Source of the DNA: Camelus ferus | Taxonomy: Eukaryota | Length of the DNA stretch: 64,000 nt | Assembly: GCF_009834535.1 (NCBI RefSeq) | Contig: NC_045732.1 | Span: 20,956,001-21,020,000, forward strand | Direction of reading: 5' to 3' | Part shown: positions 11,501-24,151 of the stretch, piece after piece | Layout: each line of letters begins with the position of its first letter | Numbering within the stretch: position 1 is the first letter of the stretch | Notes under the pieces: generated by a model | Told to the model about the DNA's origin: nothing | What the model saw: the letters and a program-made list of their open reading frames with translations, nothing else | Databases searched by the model: none | Made by a program: the position numbers and the translations under genes

Positions 11501-12594
11501 CCCTGGATAGGAGCCAGAGCTCCACACACGCACACCCCACAGCCTCATGTACAGATTTGATGGCAACACAGCAGGGACCACGGCTTCCTCTCCTCTGCAC
11601 TGGTAATGCCGGCCACGTTCCTGATCCCAAATGCCATGTCTGAAGGTCACTGGTAAAGAGACACTGTCTGTAAGAGCGAGCTGTGGCTCTCGAATGAAAG
11701 GTCTCACGTCAGAGCAACTAACCACAAGAGAGCCCAGAGGTGTGGCTCGTTCACATACATGCTCAGCCAGTAGTCCTTCTGGAACACTCCAAATGTCACT
11801 CCTGGGGTTCTTTAGGGCAGGCAGGACACAGTATATGTTGACCTATTAAACCTGAGAAATTGCTCAACAACCTGAAATGCTGCACCCTCCGAAAACTGGC
11901 TCTCCAGCTCCAGAAGGAGAACTTTAAAATATGAAAAAGGGGGATGGAAAAACCAACAGCCCAAAGCCAGGGAGCTAAGGCTTCCCCTAAAATCTGTCCA
12001 AGAAACCATAAGAAACAGTTTCTTATAGTAAAAGGCAGAAATTTCAAAATAAGTTAAAATTTTAATCACTTGGTTTATAGAGATCTGGTGTCATATTAAC
12101 AAAAATCTTGTGCTACTGATCATGATTAAATTGCTTCATACTATATGTCTTAAAAAGCTTTACCATATTCTATTTTGGCATTGATTAATTTCACGTTTGT
12201 TGTTCTTTTATTTAATATCCATTTAAACATTGCATATTAAATCTTGGGAGAGTATCTAATCCCAAATATAATACCCTTTCTGTATGAAAATCAGATGCAA
12301 ATTGTATTTTTTTTTTCTAGGGCAAGGAGAAAGAGGATGAGTGTTCTCTCAAAAGTCATGGCAACTTCCTTGGTCCGTGTTTAGGTGAAATATTTCAAAT
12401 ATATTGACTTTTTTGTATACAAAATTACCAGTTTCCAAAAGCTCTGAAAGCATTTTCAAACTATGTTTTATAGAGATTCTCAGGAAATTAGATGGCCCAT
12501 TCCAGGACCATGAGGCTGTACTCAGTTGGTGGGGGGGGGGCACATGGTCCCTGGCCCAGCTATTCCCAGTTCACCACTGGATTCCTGGTGCTGA

Positions 12595-12790
12595 CTGGGC
12601 TTTCTCAACTTCGGGGTCGGATCAGTCTTTGCTGTGGGGGCTGCTCTGTGCACTGTGGGATGTTTAACAGCATCCCTGGTCTCCACCCACTAGATGCTAG
12701 TAGCAACCCCACTCCCACCTCCACCCCCATGTTGTGACAACCAAAGATGTCTCCGGACAGCACCAAATGTTCCCTGGGGAGAACCGCTGA
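12595..12790. mobile_element. MER20 (hAT-Charlie)
   Basis: tttctcaac...ctgtgcactgtgggatgtttaacagcatccctgg...ccactagatg...gttgtgacaaccaaagatgtctcc...gagaaccgctg. Confidence 0.85.
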
Positions 12791-12814
12791 TAGAGACCAA
12801 CCTCGTGCACTAGA

Positions 12815-13020
12815 AAATATGGGCTCATGGGTCAGGGAGAACTAGGTTCAAATCCAACTCTGCAAGTTACCAGCCAGTTAACCTTGCCCAAGTTACCTGG
12901 CTTTCTTTATTCTCTGTCCCTTCCTGAGAGGCATCACACCTCCCTCATGGGGGCTGGTGAGATGTGCGATGTATAAAATACATCAAACATCTAGCAGGCA
13001 CCCAGTGACTCTTAGTTCGT
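12815..13020 (+). mobile_element. MIR
   Basis: ctaggttcaaatccaactctgc...accttgcccaagttac. Confidence 0.65.
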
Positions 13021-13649
13021 TGTTTCCTTTCCCTTGCTCGCTCCCATTGCTATGATTTATCTCACCACTATAACCTCAGGACGACAGTAAAGGGAGATGA
13101 ACAGAGGGAACATACGCCCTTCACTGCACTGGAGGAATGACCCCAGGACTAGGACATTGTGCACACAGCCATGTTACTCAGAAGAAACTATCACAAATTG
13201 TATCTCAAAGAGGAATCAAAGACGATGAAAGCATGTCCTATCCCGAAATATTCTTAGAAAACACTGCTAAGCCTTCCAAACACTTGGTGATTATTCTATC
13301 ACCACAGCTGTAATGACGCTTATCAAAGCCCAGGTGAGCCTCAATTTAAGAAAACCGTGTAAAACAGTTACTTAACACATTGAGGGAACCTGTGTTACAA
13401 AAACGATTCCACTACAAGCTTTTAGAGAGCTTTCTTGACACATCTAAAACATAATCCTATTTATAAAAGACTGGTTTATAGACAACTCAGAAACAGCAGT
13501 ATAATGGCTTTGAGTCTAAATAAACACAACTGTTTCATAAAGTGAGGCAAAGGGGCGCTTTTAATCCCATACTTAAAAGTTAGTGGTGTGTATCTCTTTT
13601 TTTTGACATTGAGAGCTCAAAGTGAATGCCGAGAAAATTTCCATTAGCT

Positions 13650-13795
13650 CTTTTTTCAACAGCTTTATTGAAGTATCATTTTTATACCATAAAGTTCACC
13701 CATTTTAAGAGCACAACTTGATAATTTTTAGTATTTACAGAGCTGTGCAACCATCAGCCCAATCCAGTTTTAGGAACTTTCCAGCACCCCAAATC
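13650..13795 (-). mobile_element. L1MB/MA-type 3' terminal fragment
   Basis: aacagctttattgaagtat...ttcacccattttaag...gctgtgcaaccatca. Confidence 0.8.
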
Positions 13796-15344
13796 AGCTA
13801 GCTCTTACCAGCATTCCCAAGGCATAGGTAGAAAAGTGCTTTTCCATTTCCTGGTCTGAATGAACAGAGGCATCAGTGACAGGCCTGAGGAGAAGTTGAA
13901 GTATGCCTCCAAAGCTTTCAAACCAGTTCCATGTCGTAAGACCATCGACTGTAAAGCTAGCAACACTTGGCCCCCAAATTGACTACCATGTGAAGCGTGG
14001 GTCTGTGGGTCTGGCTGAAAGGGTGGAGGGCAAGCAGCTTCCTCAAGGGAACAGGGGTAAAGAGACAGAAATGGGAAAAGTCTGATGAGATTTGAACAGG
14101 ATGGAAAACAACCGTCAAAACAAAGAGGGCAAGCAACTGGGGATGAGAAGGGCTTTTTCAAAGTCAATGAGTTGAAGCTTAGTTCCCAGGCTGCTTTGCA
14201 CCTGGAGGCCCGTTGCTACGTGCTTTAGTGGGAAAGGAACAGAAAACCTCTGTCGCACAGAAGTCTCACAGTAAATCCCACCATGCCGTGGGAACAACAA
14301 TATACTGCATAATGAAAGTAAACGTTCCGGCACTTAACTTTGTGGCCTGTAATCTCCCATTCGATCGGAACAGAGGCTCTTTCGTCAGCAAGAGAAAACC
14401 GGACAATTTAATTTTCATTTCCATTCATGTGCAGGCCTGTGTTGGAGCTCGTCCACATCTCCTATTATGTTACTTGAAATATGGCCCCATAGTTTGATAC
14501 AAACAGTATCTCAAACTGACATCAACAACTTAGTTTTGGACCAACTGATTTCATTCTAAATTATCTTGGGCTGACAGATGCTGGTAGCTGCCCACACGAG
14601 ATCTGAAAAAGTCATGTTCTCTAATTTAATATTATAATAATTTAAAATTATAGCTTTATGAAGAGGAAACACAGATGTATTTATAGCTAACGATGATGAT
14701 TTCTAAGGCTTTCAAGGCTGTATTCTGTTATGCACTGAAGCCCACATTTGGACAGCTTTAATTGTCTGAATCACTAACAAAACCTTCTGGTACAAATAAT
14801 TTCCTTCTTGATTCAAAGCAATGAACAAATGCTACAAAAGCAGATATACCAAAGCAGCCCTGAAGAGAGCCAGCCCCCCGGCAATGTCCTAATCTTGACT
14901 GACAAACCTGCAAAGAACATTTCTGCATTTGGGCCTCAGACACTTTGCTTAAAATCCTCTCCACTGGCACCTGTGATGTTGCAAGAGCCCAACTTTCCCT
15001 TAGGTGCGGGCTTTGCACAGGGTTTGGTCCTCAGTTCTTGGTCCTTCTTTCTCTTTTCTCATGGTAAAGATTTTACTTCTCTTCCTGACTTTATCTCTTC
15101 TAAGCAAGCAACAACATTAATAACAAGCTTCTCTGTCTTTTGGCAGCTCACAAAGTGAATTTACACAATTCTGGAAGACAAGGTGAGGAAGCTGGTAGAG
15201 ATGTTAGTATCTTTATAGGAATATATACTCTCTGACTTTTATATAGGAATATATATATTCTCTAATTTACACCAACTCTCTGAGCATATATATATGTAGC
15301 ACTCAAACCCAGGTCTGCAGATACCAGCCCTGCATTCGTGTCTC

Positions 15345-16000
15345 CTGGAAGGTTCTAATCTCCACTGCAATCCCTGCCCATCTCTCCAGCCTCGGCCCTC
15401 CACCTTAAGTCCTCATCCGGCATTGACATGGAATGTCTGACCAATTTCAATGTCAACATGTTTAAATTCATTCTGTTCCCCCACCCCTAAACCAGTTCCT
15501 CCTCCAGACTTGCTTATTTCTACCTAAGTCATTTTCCCCCCACCAGTCATCCAACCTTAAAACCTCAGCGCTAACCAATCACTCTCCTCCTGCCCACTCC
15601 CAATCCCTCTGTTGCTAAGGACGAGTAATAATTCCCCTGCATCGCTGCTCCCACGTCTACCTCCTCTTTCACGATCCTCTTCTGAGCAGCTTCCTTCTGG
15701 CTCTCTCTCACTCCCTCTTACCCAAACTATCAAATACCCTGACCCCTTGATGCCCATCTTTCCTTCATCTGATTGGTCCCACAAAGCCCCATCAGTTATC
15801 ACCTGAATTTTTAGACCTGATCATGTCACTGCAGTGTCAACCGTCAATGGCTCCCGCAGCCTACAGAATAAATTACAAATCCATCCCTCTCAAACTCAAT
15901 CCAGTCTTGACTTACATTTCTAGGTCAGCACCCCACTCCATGCCAGCATGAACCCTCCACCGCAGCCAGGCTGACCCATGCTCAGTTGTCAGTGCTCCCC
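15345..16000 (+). mobile_element. L2 internal fragments
   Basis: tcaacatgtttaaa...cagtcatccaacc...gatcatgtcact...caatggctccc...cctacagaataaa. Confidence 0.6.
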
Positions 16001-17294
16001 ATGTGACTTCCCTGCCTGCCTCTGCCTCTACCGAAGAGACTCCAACTTCCAGATCCAGCTAAGTTTGTCCCCCTTCACGGAGCCCACCCTAAAATCCTGG
16101 GCACCAAGCAGCAGCCCCAACTCTGATCAGTATTACTTTCTACCACTCAGTTGGCATTTAGACAGACTGTCAGTGCGACACTGTCCACTTGCCATCTTTG
16201 GGGCCTCAAAGCCTCTGGAAGGCAGGGCCTGGGTAAGAGGGCCTTGGCATTCATTCAACCTTGCACTTGAATAGTAGTTACTCAAGTATTTAGTGGTTGC
16301 TTATGAGGCTGCCAATCACCATTTCTGGCAATGCAAATAATCTATACATTAAATTATTAATTTGAGGAATTATAGTCTTCTGAGATTAATGTCTTCTTGG
16401 CAAAATGAGAGTGAAGCAAACCTCGGCATCGCTTTCTGGGCTCCCAGGTACATACAGAGTATGAAAAGCTTCCGCAGATCAATGCCCACAGCGCTGCCAA
16501 ACTAGCTTGTCAGACCGAAAAACCTGGGATTCACATTCTGGCGACAGTCACCTTAGTTATCGCTGGACCCAAAGAAAACAAGGCTCAAAGGCCAATGCTC
16601 ATCACAAGCAAGCCACAACCGTGTGTATCCTGGAGGTGGGCGAACACCTCCCGTCCTGTGGGGGGCCTCGTGTTATCTTCAGTGATGCTTCGCCAATGGG
16701 CCAGCCCACCTTAAAGGGGGCTAAATGCTGAGGCACAGCAGTAAAACCAGAATTCAATGAGGCTCACTCTGACAATTCCTTCTAATTCCCAGCCAATCGC
16801 TGCTCTGGTCCTCTCTGCCCTTTAACCACGCCCAAAGCTACAGCAGGCTAGTGTTTGTATTATCGTTGCATTAGTCCAAGCTCTCAGAAGCTCCTGACCA
16901 TGCCTCTCGACTGGGCTTCTCAAAGGCTAACTGAGGATGTAAAACAGCTTCTGGAACCAGGGCAAGCACTTTTGGTATTTACAGTCACAACAACACATCT
17001 GACTCCCAGGCGGTCATAAGATCTGATCAGAGACTGCAGCTCAGCAGTTGCAAAGATGCAACTCTATGAGCAGGTTCAGAAGAAAACAGCGCCCTCAAAA
17101 GAGTAAGCCCAAGTGACGAGAGTGCTCCTGTTAGGCACTCAAGCGCCTCTTAAAAGGCCTGCCAGCTGTGGGACATCTGTTTTTAAATTGAGCAGCCAGT
17201 GCAAATAATACTGGAATCTTCCATGTCAAATCAATCCCGATAATGACTGCCAGGGGTTAGGGAAGAGGAGGGGGGCAGGACGGAGGGAGGTGTG

Positions 17295-17602
17295 GTTAGT
17301 GGTCATAAAAAGGCAACATGGGGCATCCTAGCGGTGATGGAAATGTTCTGTTTCTTGATTGGGATGGTGGAGACACAAACCTACCCGTGACCAAACTGCC
17401 TAGAACTGCATGCACATGAGTTCTAGGACAGCCAGGGAGTCTGGGGGGCTGCAGCAACGTCAGTGTCCTTCTTGTGACCTTGCACTATTGTTTCATAAGA
17501 TGCTACTCCTGTGGGAGACTGGGCAAAGGGTATGCGGATCTATCTGCCTTGTTTCTTACCACGCATGTGAATCTCTAATTATTTTGAAATGCAAAATTTA
17601 AC
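17295..17602 (+). mobile_element. L1M (MC/MB-like) 3' end
   Basis: ggtgatggaaatgttctg...gggagactgggcaaagggta...tgtgaatctctaattattttgaaatgcaaaattt. Confidence 0.75.
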
Positions 17603-18333
17603 ATATAAAAGCCACCTCTGCTATGTAGAATATGAGAGAGTGCTAACTTATGACCATGGTGGGTCCAAACAAAAGATGGAAAGCTGAAAGAAATTTAGTC
17701 TCTGAATCTAGACCTCTTAAAAGGGCTGTCACCCAAGTCAGACCCATAGTGGCCTCGACCAGCACACAGCTGACCGCACACCACCCACGCACACCCCCGC
17801 TGAAGCCCTCTGACTTGTTTGCTCACAGACTCCAGCTGCCTTCCCACTTGTCACATGGTAGTATGCTGACCTTGGGAAAACTCACTCATGTTCCGAACTA
17901 AGTGGCAATTATCGCAAAGATCATTTTTAAGTCAAAGTCAAAACACTCAGTGCTGTGTCTACAGTGGGCCCGGCAATGCTGCATGTCCACCCATTCACCT
18001 TTTTACACTAAATACATAAATCACTGGAAAGTATGAATATAAGTGCTAATGCCCACTCTTCCAAAAGGTTTAGTCATCATTTCTTTGCAGGAGACCATGC
18101 AAGGAATTTCTCCCAAGGCCAGGGACAGTCAAACTCCCAGGCATTCTGCTTTAATGTGGAAACCATCACTTCCCTTTTTCACAAAACTGCAACATCTAAA
18201 ACCAACTGAGAGCTGTTAGCCTCGCATTTAAATGGCTGTGTTTGTTCTTGCCAGGCTGCTAGAAGGGACAAACTGAGCCCCACAGTTCTTTTCAAGTTCT
18301 GCAAAGAAAAGCAGGAATGCGCTCTGTACTCAC

Positions 18334-18419
18334 CGATGTCATTGCTGCGGTCCGAGAGGTCCTTGTCCAGGATGCCGGATATCGAACTGCTCACCAAGTC
18401 AATCTTTGGACCATCACCC
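18334..18419 (-). CDS. SH3KBP1: SH3KBP1 exon (human exon 13), 86 nt, phase 2-1: (R)[28 protein letters not shown](D)
   Basis: Acceptor tgtgtttttaatgtag|GG, donor TCG|gtgagt. Overlaps ORF 18179..18397. Confidence 0.96.
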
Positions 18420-19329
18420 CTACATTAAAAACACAAGTCCAGGCGTTTAATAATTGGTGTGTATCCTTGTTATTTTGTCAGCTTCCTTGCTGTACGCAAG
18501 TTAGGGAGGGGGCTGCGTGCGGGTCAGGCCACGCTGTCGCCTGGGGGGGGGGGGCCAGTGGGAGCCAACGAGCTGTCCAACCACATGGGCCTTGGTACAA
18601 ACCGGCCGACAGAGTGGATGCCCTCCTCTCCCGCACACATTTTCAAAGATGGCTATTTTAATAACGACTGTTCAGCAGTGCACCTTCAGCCACAAACCCT
18701 CCTGCTGGTCCGCAGGGTGCGACGTAGGGCCTGCTCCCGCCCCATGGCCAAATAAGCACCAGCAAACGATAACCAGGAGCTTCCCTTTTAAGGAGCCAGG
18801 AATTTAGCCAATGCTGCTTGTCAAAGGTCGGCTACTTTTAACCTTGGGAAAAAAGGTTTCTGGCCTGAAGCTGAGGCATCAGCCTGGCTGTTGACAGGCA
18901 CAAGGTGTCAAGTTGAGGTCTGGCAGCCTGAAAGCTGGCGCCGGGGCACAGGCCTGTAAAATGAGACAGTCGTTGGGTGGGTGCCTCTATGCCCATCAGG
19001 ACACGAGAGACTTTCCTCTGTATCTGGGCTACGAGCAGCCCTTTGGGATGGGGACAGGCCCCCAAGATGATGAAAGAAACAGCCTAGTCGGGCATAAGTA
19101 GAAGGTTTCTCCAAATTCCTCCAAAAGGGCAGCTCTTTGGACCCTTTAGTGGGGAGTGAGCCCTGAATGAGATTACTCAAGGTCTGTGATGGCAAGTGAA
19201 ATAGGAGAAGATCCTCGTCCTTAAAATGAGAGGGAGAAGCCAAGGAGTTGTTCCCAGGAAAGCAACAGAAATCGTCCATCTCACAGTCCCCGGTGGTCAC
19301 CCTGTGGCTAAACTACACAATGAGTAACA

Positions 19330-19700
19330 GATGCTCCATGAGCACTTGACCAATGCCCATCACACTGGGGGCAATGAAAGGGCCAAGCCAGGTGGTACCT
19401 ACTCTAGATGGTCTCATGGTCTAAATGGGAGAAAGAGACAGACAGACACCTATAAGCCCACATGGGACAGGCTGTGTAAGATACAGGCACATCGAAGTCC
19501 TATGGGAAGAAAGAACAGGGTCCATGCAGGGATGTGCATGGCAGGGCCAGGAGCACACGCAGGAGGTGGTGTGACAGTTGGGCCTTGGAGGAAAAGGGAG
19601 AGAGGACATATCTGTAAGAGGCATGAGGGAGCAAGGACTTCAGGGTAAGGGGCAGGGCCCGGTGTGGCCAGGGGTTCTCAGGGCTAAAGCTTGAGGTCCC
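19330..19700 (-). mobile_element. L2 fragment
   Basis: tgagcacttgacca...ctcatggtctaaatgggag...gtcctatgggaa. Confidence 0.5.
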
Positions 19701-20589
19701 CAGAGAGTAGTGAGAGGAGACAGGCTGGGCTGAGTCCCACAGGGTCCAGTCTGTTCTGGAGGCAGTGCGGGCGGAGGAAAGCAAAAGTCAGTGGACCTGT
19801 GGGAGGTGACAGGGCAGACTGCTGGGTTCCTTCCTCAAGAAGAGGTGGTGGGGCGGCATTCAGTGAGACAGGCATATCCCGGCAATGGCGGAGAAGGCCC
19901 AGTGGAAGAAGGTCCGCCTCCCTCAGCTCCCAGATGAATAAGACTGACTCTCAACCTCAAGCACTCGCAGCCAGAAGATGAAAGGTGAGAACTCTAGGGA
20001 ACCAGGGCTGGGCCAAAAGGCCTGGTCTCCATCTGGAGAAAACCCAGCTCTCAAGCTGTGTGTGTGTGCATTAGGAGACTGCCTCACTTCAACCTCTTAA
20101 GGCTGTGAGCCCCCCTGGGCCAGGTTTCCATAGCAGACCCCCTCCACCCGCTGGCTACCAAGGCTCAGGCCCCACCGGGCACACTGCCCTGGACAGACAC
20201 CGAGCCGATAGGAGCGGCGGGACTGAGGACATTTATTTGAAGGACTTTTATATAGCCATTAAAATGATATTTTCAAACAATTCGTGACAACAGGGACGAA
20301 TGTTTATGTTACAATGTCAAGGGACAAACGTAAGTTAAAGATGACATACACATCATGCACATGCACCTCCACACCCTTCTGATAGAATAGAAGAGAGAAT
20401 TTGTTCAAGGTTGGAAAAATATGTGTATTTGCAGTGGTTATTCCTGGGGAGTCTGATGAGTGATTTTTAGCACTCAGCTCAGCACCTGGTACGTGGCAGG
20501 AGCTCAAAACTACTTGTGGAATGAATGAACATTTGCCCTTTTTTTCCTGAAGTGAGAATGCATTATGTATCTGTATAATAATTCCAATT

Positions 20590-20780
20590 TTTTTCCAAAG
20601 GACATAAAGTTGCATGACATTCAGCATGATCACATCTATGTAAAACCAATGAAGAACAAACCAAATCATACACAGGAAAAAGATGGGCAAGAAACAGTCC
20701 AAAATGTTAACAGTGGTTGTCTTTGGGATAAGACTATAGGTGAATTTTTCCTTCCTTTTAAAGTTCTGTTTTTTTTAAGC
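20590..20780 (+). mobile_element. L1ME 3' fragment
   Basis: cagcatgatcacatctatgtaaaa...aaaatgttaacagtggttgtctttggg...gtgaattttt. Confidence 0.65.
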
Positions 20781-23544
20781 TCACGTTTAATAGCAGAGGT
20801 TCGCACAATTCAGGCAGCTTATGTTCACTCTCCTTTCTCCCCGACAGGATCATTCAGGTAAAAGATGAGATTGCATGGCCCCTACCTACAAACTCTCCTC
20901 TAAGAAACTTCCCAACCACAGGTGCCCTGTGATCACCTGTGACCACACCTGGAACTCACCTGGGAACCAGATAGGGGAATGTGGAGTTACAAATCCTAGA
21001 CCTGAGAGGTCCAGGTCATGAGGAACCCCCTCACCAAGAAATACAAAGGACCACCCCTGCATGACCCCTCCCCAGACTGTAAAGCACCAGCTGTATTCTG
21101 ACAGGAAGGAGATTGGGGTTCCCCCACCATCTCTCTAAATGAGCCCAGATCCCTCATGCCAAGAGCAGACACAGGCTTGTGACTGAAATGATCTTCTATA
21201 CAGGGCCAGCGGCAAGACTATTTTGAAAACACAGTAGGTGTAGCTTAAAAAAGGTTCTGATCCTTCCAAGTAGGGAAGCTGCAGCTGGTGTTTTGACAGT
21301 GTTCAGACTGTGGGTGTGGAAGCATTTTACAATGTCTATTTGTAAATGCCTTTCACTGTATTTATAGACGCTTACAACAATGCTAATGAATTTCAGTTTT
21401 GAAAAATACCAGAATTTCTGAAATTCTCCAAAGCTCATGTTTGAAGTGGCTGACACCCAATGAAGCTGGAGCCCTCCATGGTCCCTGTTCTCCTCCACTC
21501 GGCCCAACACACGGGTACCGTTTTGGCAAAAAGGATGTTACTAAATTCAACCAAAGAGGAAAAAGCTCATCCTTTTGTAATTTACTAGCTCCTGCAAGGA
21601 TTTTTTTTTTTATGGTGCATTTCTATGCCTGCAGCTGTTAAATAAAAGGAGAAAATAGAAGAAAGCAGGCATATCACCATGTATCCAAAGATATCAGAAC
21701 AAGGCTGCTCTTACTCATCTCTGATTTTTAAATCAAAATAATGTTACTTTCTTGTATTTCTTCAGCAGTGTTGGTTATGGTCGCAAATGACTGGCATAGG
21801 CAACTAGCCACTAAGAGTCCCCTTGCTTTGCTGGCCAGGGAACTTAAATCGCAGAGAATGGGTTGACCAGCCCAGGGACGCCCAGCAGGTATAAGTGGAA
21901 CGGACAGTCCCACAGAAAGAACAGCAGCACCTGTGGTTTACTGACCACCTACCAAGAGCTAAGCCCTGTTCGTGCATGATTCAGGTGCCCCAGCTGCCTC
22001 TTGAAGTACCTTCTCTGTGGGGTGGACACGGGGCCGCACCTCCCAGAGCCCCTTTCTGTGAAGGGCTGGTCACCCCTGCTGCTGGGAGTGCTATCAGCCT
22101 CTCCGGGGACCACCTCAGCTGCAAGGAGCCCCTCAGCCTTTCCAGGGCGGCCCATACTCCACTGTATAAAAGTCTCAGCCATCTCAGTCTGATACAGGAC
22201 AACTCAGAGAGGTCATTTTAGCCCCAGAGCTCCTGTGGGGTTGGCTGAGGCCTTGGTGAACTAGCATCACAACCTGACCTCTCCCTCTGCCCAACGCGGC
22301 TTCCTCCTCCCTCCCCACAGGCACGGATGCTGCCTCAAGACTGCGACCTAGAGAAGCCTACCTGTGAGCCCTTCTTTTTAACCTACAGATCTGGAAACTC
22401 AGGCTTGACGAGATGAAGCTGCCTGCTGACAAAGGTCGCAATAGTAGTAGAGTGCTGGGGTCGGGATCTGAACCTACTAACTTGGACTCTGGAGCTCCAG
22501 GTCTTGATCACTTCTCAAAGCTGCTTCACTCAGCCTCCTGGTCCTGGAGATGGTGAGTCACCAAGGATGCCAGGCAGCCTGTGTCACTGCAGCTCAATGC
22601 CAGCTGGGTAAATCCCCTTTGCTCCCTGAGTTAAAGAGTATTAATACTAAACACAAATCACACACCCGACCCGCCCAGAGGGGCCTGGTCTTCCCACTCA
22701 GACCCGAGACACGAGACGGGGCGTGTGAACAGTTGGAAACATGGAGGACGTGCCATGTGCATCCCTTGAGAACATGAACTCAGCCAGCGGCATGGCCCAA
22801 TTTAGCCCAAGTTGGGACAGTTAAGCCAAGGCATGTGGCCTGGAAAAGATGTTGAAGTGCACAGGAAGCTGAGGCAAGCAAACAAGTACATAAGTACACG
22901 AGCAGCAGCACTAACGGCAGCAACTAAAAACCACCAAAAAGACCTCACGACCCTTCTGGAGGTGAGTGGGGATGAAGGGCAAAAACAGAGTCCACGGCTT
23001 CCTACCGAGCAAAAGACCCCAAGCCCAGATGATTTTGGCTCTTTTTGGCAATCTCCCCTCCCTGCCCTCAAAAGGATCACTTATCCTAATGTAAATATTT
23101 GGGTTTTAACTGCCTAAACATTGTCATAGGGGGCTAAAAAAAAAAAAAGGCTGAGAAAGAAAGAAAAGGAAAAAGAAATAGAAAAGCCCTGTCCCCTGTA
23201 CTCTGGAAACCAGCCCCTCTTGAATCCTCAGTTTTTCTCCAGCTTTAATCCCACCTAGGAGTTGTCTACTAGTACGGATGGAGGATGGCAGATGGCAGGT
23301 GTGAAGGTCCTAAAGGAACAACTGGAGTTACCCTCTGTTCTCTCTTGCTCCAACCCCGCAACCTTCTTTTATCAGCCCCTTCGAATGTAAAACCACTCAG
23401 TCCTACCGCTCACCTCCCTCATCCCGGGCCAGTCGCGCTGAGGATGCGAGGCCAATGGAAGTGAGCACTTCCTCCCTGCTTTCCCGGCTGCCCACTCATC
23501 ACATCTCAGACTTGGGCTCTGACCATTAAAATTGGGTAGAGATT

Positions 23545-23700
23545 ACCCAGCTCAAGCCCCCATTTTATTACAGACAAGGGTCCTGTGCTCCAAGGCCAGA
23601 AGTTATGTGCCCAAGGTCACACAGCTAATTGGTGGTGGAGCTGAAACCAGACAGAGAAGCTTCCTGACACCAAGTCCTGTCTCTGCCCACCACACTTGGG
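23545..23700 (-). mobile_element. MIR
   Basis: cccatttt...gcccaaggtcacacagctaattggtggtggagctgaaac. Confidence 0.7.
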
Positions 23701-24141
23701 ATGGTAATAATCAAAATGCACGTTTGATGCTTCTGGAGATCTTTCTCAAATAAGCAATGATAAGAGGGCTCCGCCCATGGGTGGAGGTAGCAAGAGACAA
23801 GTCAGTCTTTCAGAAGCCATCTGCACTGGGCCATTACTGCCCCAGAGAGGTTGAATCCTTCCTTCAGGAAAGGATAAAATGTAGCAGCAGAGAACTCCTC
23901 CCTCCCCTCTCCCAGGAATTCAGATCCCAAGTCCCTGCTGATCCTGTGGAGTCCCTACATGCCCACCTTGTGGCCTAAAATGTCCCAGGAATCCCAGGTA
24001 TCTTTTGACTGCAAACTTCCTATCTCAATGTGGGGTAGCCCGAGTGAGGCCAGGGGCGCAAGAAGCGGGAACCAGAGTGGTTTTCCTGGCAGCTCTCCCC
24101 TTGCATTGCGTCCTTGTTCAGATGAGTACAAATAGGCCTGG

Positions 24142-24151
24142 CTATTTATAG
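24142..24151 (-). promoter_or_regulatory. Overlapping MEF2 site (CTATAAATAG) and TATA box (TATAAATA)
   Basis: Exact consensus match in apparently unique sequence. Function is inferred. Confidence 0.45.

Noticed and set aside
14690-14745. C/D-box snoRNA (ATGATGA...CTGA)
   Set aside because: Boxes only about 45 nt apart, with no terminal stem and no recognisable guide.
15214-15260. Imperfect duplication of tataggaatatata
   Set aside because: Ordinary slippage in TA-rich DNA within a MIR remnant.
1-18333. Canonical next exon (DLEGFDSVV...SQSLTS)
   Set aside because: Searched by eye and not found. It is presumably left of the window.
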